DNA of 63,986 nt, the filler included. It is 5 parts of 5 records of this genome, joined end to end, with 100 filler letters (N's around TTAATTAATTAA, not from the genome) between each part and the next. Parts side by side here need not be neighbours in the genome. Positions count along the whole stretch, not along the records: positions 1 to 12,075 come from SRR2962707_5143; positions 12,176 to 30,317 come from SRR2962707_5144; 3 more parts are not named here. One strand, given 5' to 3'. Numbering within the stretch: the stretch's first letter is position 1; the number at the start of each line of letters is the position of its first letter. Below are positions 10,181 to 23,000 of this stretch, one piece after another. Position numbers and translations under genes: made by a program. Below the pieces are notes generated by a model that was not told where the DNA came from, searched no databases, and saw only the letters and a list, made by a program, of their open reading frames with translations.

Positions 10181-11974
10181 TTGATTCGCTATCAGATTTG
10201 CCCGGTCCATCCGCAGGCCCATATTTTTGAAATCACCCTGACCGTGGACCGGCCGACGCCGGAAGGCCAGGCCCTGACCATGCCGTCGTGGATTCCCGGC
10301 AGCTATATGATCCGGGATTTCGCCCGGCATGTGGTGTCGCTGGACGCCCGGGCCGGCGACCGGCCGCTGGCGGTGGCCAAGATCGACAAGCAGACCTGGC
10401 AATTGCCGCCGGTGGACGGTCCGGTGACCGTGACGTACCGGGTTTATGCGTGGGATTTATCGGTGCGCGGCGCCCATCTGGATACCACCCATGGCTACTT
10501 CAATGGCCCCTGTGTGTTCCTGGCGGCAATGGGCCACGAGGATCAGCCTTGCGAGGTGACCATTGTGGCGCCAGCGGGAGCGGAGTTCGCCACCTGGCGC
10601 CTGGCCACGGGCATGCCGCGGCTGTCCGGCGCGGAGCTGGATTTTGGTGTGTTCCAGGCGGACAACTATGACGCGCTGATTGACTATCCTGTGGAGATGG
10701 GACACTTTGAGCACGCCCGCTTCGAGGCCTGTGGCGTGCCCCACGATGTAGTGCTCACCGGCCGTTTCCGTGTTGACCTGGAGCGTCTGTGCCGGGACCT
10801 GAAGCCGATCTGCGAGCATCATATCAAGCTGTTCGGTGAACCGGCGCCGGTGGACCGGTATCTGTTCATGACTCTGGTGACCGACGGTTATGGCGGTCTT
10901 GAGCATCGCAACTCCACCAGCCTGATGAGTCCGCGCGGTGATTTGCCATTGCCCACCGACGGGCCCCGGCAGGTGCGTGACGGTTACCGCGGCTATCTGG
11001 GACTGTGCAGCCACGAATACTTCCACACCTGGAACATCAAGCGGATCAAACCGGAGGCGTTCACGCCTTTTGATCTGAGCCAGGAGGTGCATACCGAACT
11101 GCTGTGGGCGTTCGAGGGTATCACCAGTTACTACGATGATCTGGCTCTGGCGCGCACCGGGCTGATTTCGCCGGAGAGCTATCTGGAGCTGGTCGGCCAG
11201 ACCCTGACCCGGGTGCAGCGCGGCCAGGGGCGGCTCAAGCAGACCGTGACCGAGTCCAGTTTCGATGCCTGGACACGCTTCTATAAGCAGGACGAGAACG
11301 CGCCCAATGCCATCGTCAGCTATTACGCCAAGGGCTCCTTGGTGGCTCTGGCGCTGGACCTGACCCTGCGTGAACGCAGTAACGAGCAGGTGACGCTGGA
11401 TCATCTGATGCGTGCGTTGTGGCAACGCTACGGCGAGGGCAGCGGCGGCGTGCCCGAGCAGGGCATTCAGGCCCTGGCCGAGGAACTGTTGGGCGAGAGC
11501 CTGGATGAGTTCTTCCAACTGGCGCTGTACAGCACCGAGGACCTGCCTCTGGCGCCGTTGTTGGCGGCGCGCGGGGTGGTGTTGCATTGGCGGCCTGCCG
11601 GTGGCCATGGTGACAACGGTGGTAAGCCGGCCAAAGGCCCGGCGCCGGTGCATCTTGGCCTGCGTGCCGCCGCCGACCCGCTCGGCGCGCGGGTGCAGGT
11701 AGTGTACGAGCAAGGCGCGGCGATGGCCGCGGGGCTTTCCGCCGGCGACGTGATCATCGCCGTGGACGGCATCAAAACCGACGCCGCCGGCCTGGACGGC
11801 CGTTTGCAGGGTTATCAGGAAGGCGAGGTGGTGGAGGTTCACGTGTTCCGCCGCGACGAGCTGCTGCGTTTTCGTGTCACCCTGGCGCCATCGGAAGCCT
11901 CCACCGCTTACCTGACCCTGGCCCAGGGCGGGCTCACCGACAAGGGGCGGGCGTGGCTGCTGGGACAGCAGTGA
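10181..11974 (+). CDS. M61 family glycyl aminopeptidase with C-terminal PDZ domain
   Basis: WIPGSY, GGLEHRNST, HEYFHTWN zinc motif, FEGITSYY, SYYAKG, PDZ 'AMAAGLSAGDVIIAVDG'. Probable TTG start at 10181 after GGGAG. Confidence 0.93.
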   Translation: MIRYQICPVHPQAHIFEITLTVDRPTPEGQALTMPSWIPGSYMIRDFARHVVSLDARAGDRPLAVAKIDKQTWQLPPVDGPVTVTYRVYAWDLSVRGAHLDTTHGYFNGPCVFLAAMGHEDQPCEVTIVAPAGAEFATWRLATGMPRLSGAELDFGVFQADNYDALIDYPVEMGHFEHARFEACGVPHDVVLTGRFRVDLERLCRDLKPICEHHIKLFGEPAPVDRYLFMTLVTDGYGGLEHRNSTSLMSPRGDLPLPTDGPRQVRDGYRGYLGLCSHEYFHTWNIKRIKPEAFTPFDLSQEVHTELLWAFEGITSYYDDLALARTGLISPESYLELVGQTLTRVQRGQGRLKQTVTESSFDAWTRFYKQDENAPNAIVSYYAKGSLVALALDLTLRERSNEQVTLDHLMRALWQRYGEGSGGVPEQGIQALAEELLGESLDEFFQLALYSTEDLPLAPLLAARGVVLHWRPAGGHGDNGGKPAKGPAPVHLGLRAAADPLGARVQVVYEQGAAMAAGLSAGDVIIAVDGIKTDAAGLDGRLQGYQEGEVVEVHVFRRDELLRFRVTLAPSEASTAYLTLAQGGLTDKGRAWLLGQQ

Positions 11975-11997
11975 AGGGTTAATAGTGAACAGTGAAA
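11970..11997 (+). repeat. Heptamer-tandem arm, copy B (single arm)
   Basis: AGTGAAG GGTTAAT AGTGAAC AGTGAAA; contains the M61 TGA stop. Confidence 0.75.
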
Positions 11998-12045
11998 GGA
12001 AATCACGCTCCGTAGGCCATTGACCTATTCAGAGCTAGCTACAAG

Positions 12046-12075
12046 GCCGCTGTGGGAGCTTGCCTTGCAAGCGAA
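12046..12075 (+). repeat. GTGG-type REP-like element at contig end
   Basis: TGTGGGA-GCTTGC-CTT-GCAAGC-GAA: a GTGG tetranucleotide followed by a palindrome. Confidence 0.7.
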
Positions 12076-12175
12076 NNNNNNNNNNNNNNNNNNNNNNNNN
12101 NNNNNNNNNNNNNNNNNNNTTAATTAATTAANNNNNNNNNNNNNNNNNNNNNNNNNNNNNNNNNNNNNNNNNNNN
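12076..12175. other. Artificial contig spacer
   Basis: N44-TTAATTAATTAA-N44. Confidence 0.99.
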
Positions 12176-12204
12176 TGTGTGTGTGCGCGCGCGCGCGCGC
12201 GCGC
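12176..12204. repeat. (TG)n(CG)n microsatellite at contig start
   Basis: tgtgtgtgtg followed by a cgcgcg run. Confidence 0.9.
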
Positions 12205-12311
12205 GGTTTCTCTGTTTTCTCTGCCTCGCTCTGTTTGTTCTTGAAACCCGGTTCCTAAACGACTGGTCGCAGCGCTGACTCGCTTGCCAGCCCGTGGCTC
12301 GCTGGTCGGCA

Positions 12312-13929
12312 ATGGGCAAAAGCTGGACGGAGAAAAAGTACCGGTGCTTCGTGTGTGAAAAGTGGTTCACTTCTGCCAAGCAGCTGCAAGGGCACTTGGA
12401 AGGCCGCAAACACGCAAAATGCCTCGCGACTCTCACGCCTGAACAAGCCAAAGCCGCCGCTTTTGCACAAGCAGAGGCAGCGAAGCCCAAACCGCCACCT
12501 CCTCCGCCTCCGCCTGTCCAGATTTTGTACCGGGACGAGTATTACATCGCCGTGAACAAACCCGCCGGCCTCATCGTCCACAAGTCCGCGTTCACCCCGG
12601 GCGAGAAAGACTCGCTGTTGGACCGCCTTCGGGCACAATTCCCTGACCTTGCGGGCGTGTTGCGCCCTTGCCACCGCCTGGACAGGCGCACTTCAGGCGT
12701 TATTGTGTTCGCTCTCTCTGCAGAGTGCTCGCGACGTACCACCTACATGTTCACAGACAAGTCGGCCCTTGTCGTTGACGGGCTGCAGACAAAATCACAG
12801 CGTCAAATGCGGAAATTGTATGTTTGTAACGCCCTGCATTTGACCATCCATTACCCATTTTCCCCAACTGCGTCGTCTTGTAATCGTCGTCGCGACTTTC
12901 TGCGCACAGATACGTTTGCATTGCGCGTGGGTTCATGGAAGGCAAAAGTGGCACGATTGACCGGCCTTTGAGCATCTCTCGCTTCGAGGACCGCACCCGC
13001 TGCGGACAAGGAGAAAAAAAATCCGCACGAACTCGTTGGACAAAACTTGCGCAGGCAGAGATTGCGCTTGCTAAGTCGCCCAACCCAAAATGCAACACCA
13101 TCTACGACTCTGCGCGGCTCAGTGTGCTGCTTGTGGAGCCACTGTCAGGTGGGCATGGCGTGCGGGCCGTGCTTTTCACAAAACTGTGTTGTTTTTACTC
13201 AATAACTTTGCTCTGTGTGCAGGCCGCTTCCACCAAATTCGCCGGCATTTGGGCCACCCATCGGTGTCTCACCCCGTTGTAGGGGATACGCAGCACGGGG
13301 ATCCCCGCTTAAATCGCTCACTTGCGTTCACACTGAGCCAAATTCATGACCACGGGCAACCATCGTTGGTTGCAGCTGGTGAAGGTCCTAGCAACAGCTT
13401 AAACAGTGGAAGTGTCGTCCGCAACGAGGATGGTGAATCTTCACATTTGCACGTTGACGCGCCGCCGACAAAAGTCTTACGTGCCAGTGACGGTGACGCT
13501 TCGATCACTGCAGTGTCGGAAGAACCTTCATCCAAGACCGGTGAAGCAAACAAGAGTGGAGAAGTTACGTTCAACATTGGTGGCGAGCACGTCACGCTAG
13601 CCCAAGAGGCTGAACTTCCCGAAATTCGTCAGCAGCTCCACGCGTACAGTTTTGAATTCGTGCATCCAATGGTGGGACGCACACCAAGCGGCAAACTTGT
13701 CCCGATCGTCAGTCAGTGGGTCAGTGGCAAAGATGGACAAACGCGGAGTGGCAATTTAGTTTCTGAAAGCAGCCGGTCGGGCGAAGACATGGGCGGGCCC
13801 TTGGAACCTGTGAGAGTGAGGATCGTTGCACCGCTGCAGGCTGACATGGAAACGCTTCTTCATGATGTGGGCATCGATTCAGCGTCACTTGATTTTGAGC
13901 CGCACGAAAACGCAGATCAGGGTCAATAA
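12312..13929 (+). CDS. Eukaryotic RluA/TruC-like pseudouridine synthase with N-terminal C2H2 (U1/matrin-type) zinc finger; 3 exons (12312-12817, 12910-13148, 13223-13929)
   Basis: CFVCEKWF...QGHLEGRKH finger; VNKPAGLIVH; catalytic HRLDRRTSG. Removing GT-AG introns 12818-12909 and 13149-13222 restores KLYVCIARG and SGRFHQIRRHL. Also HPVVGD and LHAYSFEFVHP. Confidence 0.88.
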
Positions 13930-14094
13930 TTGATCCGCCAGGTTTAGTGCGCTTCGGTCCACGAGGACCCTTTTTCAAAAAGAAAGGTAGCTGTGTTGAA
14001 TTGTAACTCGTTATTGAATAAGATCATATTAGCGAAAAACACCGCCTCGAAGTGCATTTCAACCACCAGTAAACATATTCGAGCAAGTTGGCAA

Positions 14095-17000
14095 TTACAC
14101 CCATGGTGCCAGCCCGACCCACTGCCGACCAAGGATTTCCGGATCTCGAGCCATTTCCACCAAGCAAGCCACTTGCTTTTCCACGGATTCGCATATCGCC
14201 CCCTACAGCACGAACACAGAAACAGGAGTTATCGCCTCCTGTCAGCTCACGCGGCTGCCTTCATATGCAGCGCGTGGAGATGGACGCGATGATGCTGGAA
14301 ATCAGACGAGCAGGAGAAAACATTCGAAGCCACCACGCACTTGCTTCGAGCGTTCGCTGGTTTTAACATCTACGGCTCCGCGGCGGCCTGTCCAAATCAG
14401 CACAACAAGGTCAGTGAAGCTAGCGAAAAGCTCGGTTCCATCGCAACCAGAAAAAAGGCATGCTGCGTATTTTCCGATTGAAGGAATGGAGAATCTCCAG
14501 ATTCCAAAAAACGAACCCGCTGTCACGTCGCCCATGATGCACTTTTCGATGTTTAAGCTGGCCGGTCGAACGACAGAGTGAGCGCTGTCACGAAATTCCT
14601 GCCGCATGATGTGCGCAGGGTTCCCACAATGCAACTTTTCCTTCGCAAACCGAATTTTGCGATTGGGCACCCATTGAAGTTCCCCGCGCGCATCTGCTGA
14701 GGCAAACGACTCATAAGATCCATCGGTCTCGGATTCTGACACAAGCTGCGATGCAGACGCTGGGCCGGCTTTGGCTTCGTCATTGTCATCTTTGCTGCCG
14801 CCACTGAGAGCCTTTTTGTGACGAATATTGGGGCCACTCTGTCGCTTGCTTGACTTGATCTCCTTGTTCCAATCCAAAAGCGGCTCGTGAATAAATACCT
14901 CCATCACGCTTAGCAAAGTGTCCGAATTTGACGACAGTGCTCGCATTGCGTGCACCATGCCAAGTTCGAATACGCGACGGCCTTGACTTCCATGAACCCC
15001 AAGAAACTAACCACGAACACAATATGACAACTGTGATTGCATGGCTGAGGCACGACCATGTTTCCACCGGCACAAGATCACACTTCGCGCCCAGCAGATT
15101 GCCAAAAAAAAACCTGTTGTGTGAGACGAAACGGGATGAGTTCGGGCGCAGGCAGGCCGAGACCATTTCCAAAAGCAAGCCCAAAATCGATGCCGACGAT
15201 TGTCCCTGCAGCGCAAGAGCCATTCCATGTCGTGCCGTTAATGAGAGTACAAAACAGAATTCACGCCACAGGCACCTATCGCAAGCACCGAAAAGTTTTA
15301 AACACCGTCACACTGGTCCAGAAGGAAGTTATCCAAGTGGCGATCTCCAATTCCAAGAATGTAAGACCCAATACTGAAAGCCGTCATGCTGTCGCAAAAG
15401 TTATCAAAATGAGTAATTGGCTTTGAGCAAAGACCAAGTTAGCAATGCGACCTCCAATATCCAAACAGGACAGACCTTTGCACGAACTGCGCCCTCACGT
15501 TGAAGAAGGCCTCCGGACTAGCTGTGGCACGCTGAAGGCGTCTGCGAAGCAAATAGGACGGAGTCATAGCCTCACATTCATTGAAAACCCGCGCAGACTC
15601 ACCCGCAGGGGCCGTAGAATGCATAGTCACATAGTTGTTCCGATATCTTGTCATCCAAACAACCAACAAGTCAAGGCACGACAGCAACAGACACATTCAG
15701 GTGCCACGGTTGATCTCGTCAAAGGGACTGCAAACGTGAAACTCTCGTACTTTTTGCCGCCCAACCACTGTTGCCGGTGGCGGGTCGCAGGAAGATTTGC
15801 AATAAGATTTGTGGGTGCGTCAACACGGCGGCCTCGTGCGCTGTTTGCGCGCCCATGCTCTGCTTTCCAAGCATCAAACTCGGCCTCAATGGCACCTCGA
15901 ACAGGCTCAGTTCCATCGACCCATTCAACAACTCCAATATCCGTACCTGTTCCAGCAGCAGGTGCGCTTCGTCAAACGGGATGAATTATGGGACAGCCAA
16001 TCGAAGCATTGCTTTAAAGAATGCACGAATCGTACCCATGGGAACGACTGCGTAGGACCTTATTCGAATACTTCGCTGGCAGCAGGCTGGGTCGGCATCA
16101 AAAATATCGTTCATCGTGTCAAACAGCTGCTCGATACGCTGATCAAGGCGGAGGTCTTCGCCTCCTTTCACCAAAAACGGGTGCCTAGGTGCAGGATCAC
16201 AGCGCACATCAATTAAGTATTGAGCAGAACCCACTCAAAGCCCCTGCACGCCATCACCGCAAAGCTGAACGTCTATTCCCATACGTTTTCATATCGCTAG
16301 CTAGGACCTTCAGTCGCTTTGGGCGTTGCTTAGATGACATAGTGAGAAGAGTTTGATCAAAACTCTCAACATGCAACCTGTGGTTGCCAACATCATTGGC
16401 AAGGCCTTGTCGTTGACCTGGCATGTCAATCAACTGATTGGTACCTGAGACAACAAATCAAGACAACAAAAGGTAACCAAGAAAGGTGCAGCACCCGATT
16501 GGTTTGATGAAGTCAAGGAACGTACTGGCGAAGATACGCTGGCCGTCAAAGTCGGCGAGCCACTCAGAGAACAATCTGAGAGAGGGGCGACCATTACCAC
16601 CGTTGGTGCCGCTTTCAGTTTTGCTTTGTGACAGTTCATCGGCGCTGCGTCTCATTGCGACAACCTTTTGAAGCGTCAAACAACTAGAGTCGCGAGCTCG
16701 GCCCAGATGCTTGCCCACTTCTTTGCGCAAAATTTTGGACCATCGGCGATGCAGGTCACCGTCAGCCAATTCATCTCCGATGCACACACGATGAAGGGCC
16801 TGAAAACGTCTTGCCATCAAAATCAAAGAAAAACAGTGAGCCGGAAGTCAAGATCACAACTTTCAATAGCAGAGGCCAGTCGATTCGGTGCATACCTCCA
16901 TGCTTCTCCAGCGTTACCGTCTTTCAACAGCTGCACTATTGGCGCGAGACCTTCCTTCCAGCGCAAATGTGGGTGGTGCAGACCACTCAGCTTCGACACA

Positions 17001-20000
17001 AAAGTCTCAAGCAGGTCATTGCGCAAAAGTTGCGGAAGTTTTCCAACACTGCTGTCACTATTTTTCTGCAGTTGTGGGTAGCTCACGCGAAACGAATAGA
17101 ACATGCTTTGCGGAAATCGAGCGGCCACGCGCTCCAAAATTGGAAGCATCGCCGTTGCCTAAGCATCGAGACACACAAGCGCAAAGGGATAAGCGACTTA
17201 CTCCGTCATCAATGGTCTGTTTGTGAAACCATCGAATTAACAAAGCACAAACCGCTGGGCCGTAATTGAGCAATGCGAGCATTTGGTCGACCCAGGGCGT
17301 AAATGCATTCAGTGGCAGCTTCTGAACAAACACGCGCAGCACGGCGTGCGCCTCTTTCGGGTGACCATGCACCAAACGCAGCATACGCGGAACAATGCTC
17401 GAAACCTGCGGGAGCACATGAAATTATTATCACAACGGCAGGCGTAGAAGCAGTGAAGAATTTGCTCAATTTGAAGACACATCCGTACTTCTGCTGACTT
17501 CGTGCTGAACGTCTGAAATGCCTCCAATGCTTTCATACTGCCATACATCGTGCAACGGACTAGAGTGTCTTCGGTCAGAACAGCACCGTTGTCAAGGAGT
17601 CCAACGAGACCAGCTTCGGTTGGTGAACCACCATCGTCGCCTGCAGTGCTGCGGTTGCCTGCAGACTTGGACCTTCGCATTCTTTTTTGAGCCCCTCCTG
17701 AAGCATTTTCATCAAACACGCCTTTCGCACCAAGGACGCTCAACATTTCGCCACAAAAATTGGAAAAGTTGAAGAACATGGTGCCTGCAACTTCACGCTC
17801 CTGGCGTGCCTGCATCAAACAAATGCGGTATGGACAATACACCCGTTATCATGCATCAGGTGCAATTTTTTTTTGGGATATGCAGCACCTCTTCAAAACG
17901 TGCCTCCAGAAAACTCGCTGCGGCCGTTGAAGAGGGCGACAGTGGTGACGCATTCCCACTTGCCATCAGTACCTCCGACTTTAACCCCTTCGCGTGGACT
18001 TTGAAAGCGGAGCGCCAAAACTCGGTGAGGCGATCAACGTCAATGTCAGTGTCGGCCGATGCAGCACATTTCGCCATTGTTCCTGCCACCTGTAGTAAAA
18101 TGCTCCAGTGTTACATGTGCGCATGTACTGTCACAAACATGCTTCTGGCAATTGGACAACGAGCCTTCGCTTGCAGCATTGACAGCATTCGACGCCTTGT
18201 TCGTGAGCGCGCGCGCCCATGACGCCCTCCTTCGACGGGGATGGTGTCCATCTGGTGCTGGACAAATTTAAGGGTCTGTTCCAGACGCGTCTCCCAATCA
18301 CAAGGAAGTTGTTGTGCCTTCGTTGTCCGGAAAATATGGATCGAGGCCATCGTTTGAGCTGCATCCACTCCTTTCTGCTCATAGTCGTCCAACGCTTTTT
18401 TAAAAAAGTTTTGAGCAACCTTCAGTGCTCGCTGTTCAAGCACTCCGGTTGCAGTCTAGTTCGCACACAGCGACAATGTAAGCAACAATTCAAAACATGG
18501 GTCACGGAGAGCGATGTTCAAGAGCGCACCTGGAGAAGTAGCCGCCCTGTGCGGTCCTTGAGTTCGTCAGACACAGCTTTAGCGCTGGCTCCACGACGGT
18601 CAAAACAGCACTGCAAAGCTCCCAGACAAACGGCACGCAGATTTGTCACGCTAGCCCAAACTGAGACGGGGTCAAAAGATGACATTTGGTTATTGCGCCA
18701 GTTTCTCGCGAGCGCAAGGGCCTGTTGACGGTCAGGTGCGGTGCCGAGAACAACGCCAGTTCGGGCACTCATGCTCGTTGGGTTTGCTTGACAGTAGTAA
18801 ACGAATTCTTCCACCTCCACAACTTGCTGCAGCATTTGAAGTTGACGCAATCGAGAGTATCTTGGTTGAAATGGTGTCGCGACAAAACAAAGCACCAAAC
18901 CGGAAAATGAATAAACAAACAGACTTATCCGTCGGCAAGCGGATCAACCAAAATTGAGCAAAAGAAAGGGCCTTGGACTAACCGTGCCAGGGGGTGAAAA
19001 CTGGCCCAGAGTTTCAAGGTACGGGCGTAGGCACCATGCACGACAGACAAAGCGCGTCCGTGGTCAGCACGCAGCGCAAATAGCAGAGCAGCTTCAGGAG
19101 CATGGTCCCGTGTGAGGACACTCAAACGATCAGGCCGTTTAGTGCACGCATCGAGAAAGCAAAAAAGATCAGCGAGTTCGCTAGGTCGGTCTTCAGCCCG
19201 TGGGCCAACACCCGCCAGGACAGGTTGAAACATCTTTGAGTGCAGGTAATTGCGGATAACGTCAATACCACCGAAGCTGCTTTCACGTTGCATTTGCCGT
19301 TCCCAAAGAGCCTCGTGAGTGTCGGCAAGCACCTGTTTTTGATCATACCTGAGACATGGGCGACATGGTGAGTGCCGAAGTAAGCAATGCCCAGCAAACA
19401 GTAATGGGGGTGTCGACGCACGAGATATCAGGCCCCGACTCGGAATATGGAATATCAAGCGAAGTTATCGTATTTTCGAGAAGCTTGTCCCATTGTTGCA
19501 GTTGCTCCAAACAGCGTAGTCTGGATGCATCCCATTCCAGTACGTCATCAGAGCTAGGACTCGGCTGACCTGTTTCGTCCTCACTGTCGTCATCGGCATC
19601 AAACACGAGATTTTGATACCTGCAATTCAGGGACCAACGATGTGTTGAGATGAACCAGTCCGCTCATGTGAAGACTTTTACAATTGAGCCAGCCGGCAAC
19701 GAACGTTTTCAGGGCAGTTGAAAAGTCATTGTTTAGCTCAGCTCGCACAGCATCGCACGCTTCGTGGCTCGTAGCAGTGGCTTCGGTTAACGCCAAAGTA
19801 ACATCTGCCTCACCCATCGCCTGATAAAGCTTTCGCAGGTGCTTCAGCAACCTTTGAGTCTCGTCCAACGCATGGGTGTTGTCATTCGGTGATTTCACAC
19901 CTCTCCGGCTGCTGGAACTGCTGCTTTTTCCACCAAATAGTGAAGCTGGAGACACCTGAGGCACAGCCCCTGCTAACCACCGCTCCAGAAGATCAACAGC

Positions 20001-23000
20001 TGCATAGAGGCATGAACTTTTAATGGCCAGCTGAGCAATGGACCTTGGGCTCAGCAGTTCTGCAGGCCCGCCAAGATTCTGGGCCGCATCCGTGCAAGCG
20101 GTGAGTGGGACACGGCCCAAGAGTCGAAATATCGCCGATACGACGGCACCGTTGGCACTACTTTGGGCCAAAACACTGGAAACACCAGCAAACAACTGCG
20201 GTGGCAAGGCAAGACTGGGCGAGGCATTCGATTCATCTTGGCAAAAGCATGCCAAGATGAAACGGTAGAAAACCTCAGTGGCAAGAACGGTGTCTCTGCG
20301 GCAAAGTACCTACAAATCGACGACCGCAGGGTGAAACTTGAACCTGCCAACAAATTTTCATCCCGACCTCGCCCCAACATGTAGAATTGCAAACTGTTCA
20401 GTCGATTATTCGAACCTGCAGTGGCACGATCAGATCTGCAAATGACAGCTGAACATCGGGGAACGTTCCTCCAATGCGGTAACGACGCAGGCCCAGCGAG
20501 TGAAAATGGCTTGCATCCCGACTGAGAAGCCGTCGACGTTGCTTGTTGAGGATGGATTGACGGTAAGCAGCGGCACTAAACTCGACACGTTTTTTTTCCT
20601 TTTTCTTTTTCCATGCCGCACTCGATGCCGCTGCTAACATTCGATTGTTTGCTTGCGAAACAACATCCAAAAGGTTGCCATCGCTACTGGTTTGCGAGGC
20701 AAGGTCTTGGGATTGACTCACGAGAACGCTGCGTTGAGACTGAAGCGACGACGCGTAGGAGATACTTGATATTCGCCGCGACGATCCATTGAAAAGGCCG
20801 TCCTGTGAAAGGACTGTTCCGGCCTGCGACTCGTTCTCTTGGTCGGCGGCTGCAGCGTCCACAGCCTGGACGCCACCAACTTTCGCTGCTTCATGCGCCA
20901 CCAACCAATCACTGTCCTGCGTTGGGAACGTCAAGGGTGCAGCCTCCACATCATGGCCTCCACCACCTTCGAACTCGGGAGAACTCCCTGATGCCAAGAA
21001 CGACATGTCGCCTTGAGACATGTAATTATCCGCCTACAATCCGGAGCGCAAAATTGAGATTAAACACAACGGTCATTCGTTCACATGAAATCACTCATCA
21101 ACCAACGCGCAGCAACCTGTGTGAGCTGAATGGCAATTGAAGCCAAGCGCGGCACTATTGCCCGGTCATTCTGCGACGTGCCGTTTCCACCGAACGCTCG
21201 AAGTCGGACAAAGTGTTCTTCTGTATTAGGGGCCTCGACACTGTGCATTTCGAGCGCCTCATCAAATATCATGTCATCAACGCCAGTTGTGCTGGCAGTC
21301 GAAGAATTTACGTTTTTTGCACCAGTCAAGAGACGAAGCATAAAAAATGACGAAAGGCCGAGCCACTCTCCTTCCTGAAAGCAACAACATACAACACATC
21401 ATTGCAACGTACGCAGTACAAGCACATTGCCCAGATCGGCGTTGCTGCAACTACAAGTACCTGCTCGTGATCGTAAAGCAGCTCAAACGAACGACATATT
21501 CGCTCCTGTGGAGTGGTTGGCAATGGAACTCTGTCTCTGGCGCTCAGTCCTGAGTCAAGACCGTCCCAGAATGCAATAACACGCTGCTGCAAACCCTTGT
21601 CAGGGTCATGAAGTCCGGCAAGCAGCCCGCGACGGACTTCCTCACGAAGCACCCGCAATTTCTTGTTTACGCTGAATTCGGGACTTTCCACCGAACGCTC
21701 ACATTCGAAAACATCGCAACCCAACGCATGCCACAACATGCCCAAAATTCGATAAGTCTCCTCTCGGCACTCGACGAGGGGATGCGCCCCAAAAATAAAA
21801 ATAGCAGTCAGACTTTGGGACGCTACGCGTAGCATCAACGTTTGCTCGGCAAACGAAACCACTCCAGAGCCTTCCGCCGCTTCCACCGCAGGAAAATTTG
21901 CTACCTTGCGCTGCACTTCGTGGCGAAGAATGCGAAGAGTCGCGAGCTGCGTCTCCACAGAAACGTCTCCCAACAACCGAGGAAGCATACCAAGCACAAC
22001 TTGGACACAGTTGGCGCCGGCACTTTGCTTAACCCCAGCCTCGACGATTTGAAGAGCTTCAGTAAGGTAGGGATTTGCAGCCACGGGTAAAATTGTCACA
22101 ATGCGCTCCAAGTGAGCGCTGGAAACAAAGTCCGGAACGTACATGGCGATTTTTTCCAAGCAGTCGAGAAAACGCTCGAAATTAACCCCAACACCACTGC
22201 GACCAGTTTGATGGCTTTTTCCTGGCATTGGCATATCTCTCACGAAATGCTCAAGCAACTTGTGCAAGTGCTCGCGAAGCATCGGAAGTGCGCTATGTTT
22301 GAGGGCCAATCCACACACCTGGCAGACGTCGCGGCAAAAGTAACGCACTGATTGCAGCTGCCACCTGCACTACATTGGGTACAGACAGGTATACATACCT
22401 CAGATGCTGCTCGCTGAATGTCGCGCCGTTGGCGTCCTGTTTGTAAATTGAGACATCGAAATAGCTCACGGCATATGCTTTGCTTGACACGGTCTGGTCC
22501 AAGTGGGACACTGCATTGTACCAACACTGCAAGCACGTTCAGCGATGCCAATCTCGAATGGACTACTAACACGCTGTCTGGCCCAGCATCCTGTCGGCAC
22601 ACCAAGTCACAAAAGCGAAAAGCACGTCACATCACTGGCTGGTCTTCAAGCGTGTACTTTGCGTAAAACGCATGCACAAACCCCCGTTATTGTCGGTCCG
22701 TATTGGCTATCACGTGCTGGCACATCGTTTGCCATGCCTTCAATTAAGCAGCCATTCAAGTCGAGCCGTTCTAGGGCGTGATCCTTCCCTGATTGTGACC
22801 ACCGGTGGCAGAGCTCTACCACCAACCCAAGCTTGGTCCGGGACTGTTCACGGGATGAGCGACAGGTCAACTTGACAAGATGCGAAAAGAACTGCCCAGC
22901 AAGGGCTTTTTCAAGTGGCGTGAGCGGCACGCAGTGCGGCCACGCCCATACAAGAGAAGAGCTAACTTTTCGCAAGAAAAAATTGAAAAGCCCGCCACCG

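Noticed and set aside
12120-12131. TTAATTAATTAA palindrome recurring four times
   Set aside because: Always centred in N runs; an assembly linker, not a biological repeat.
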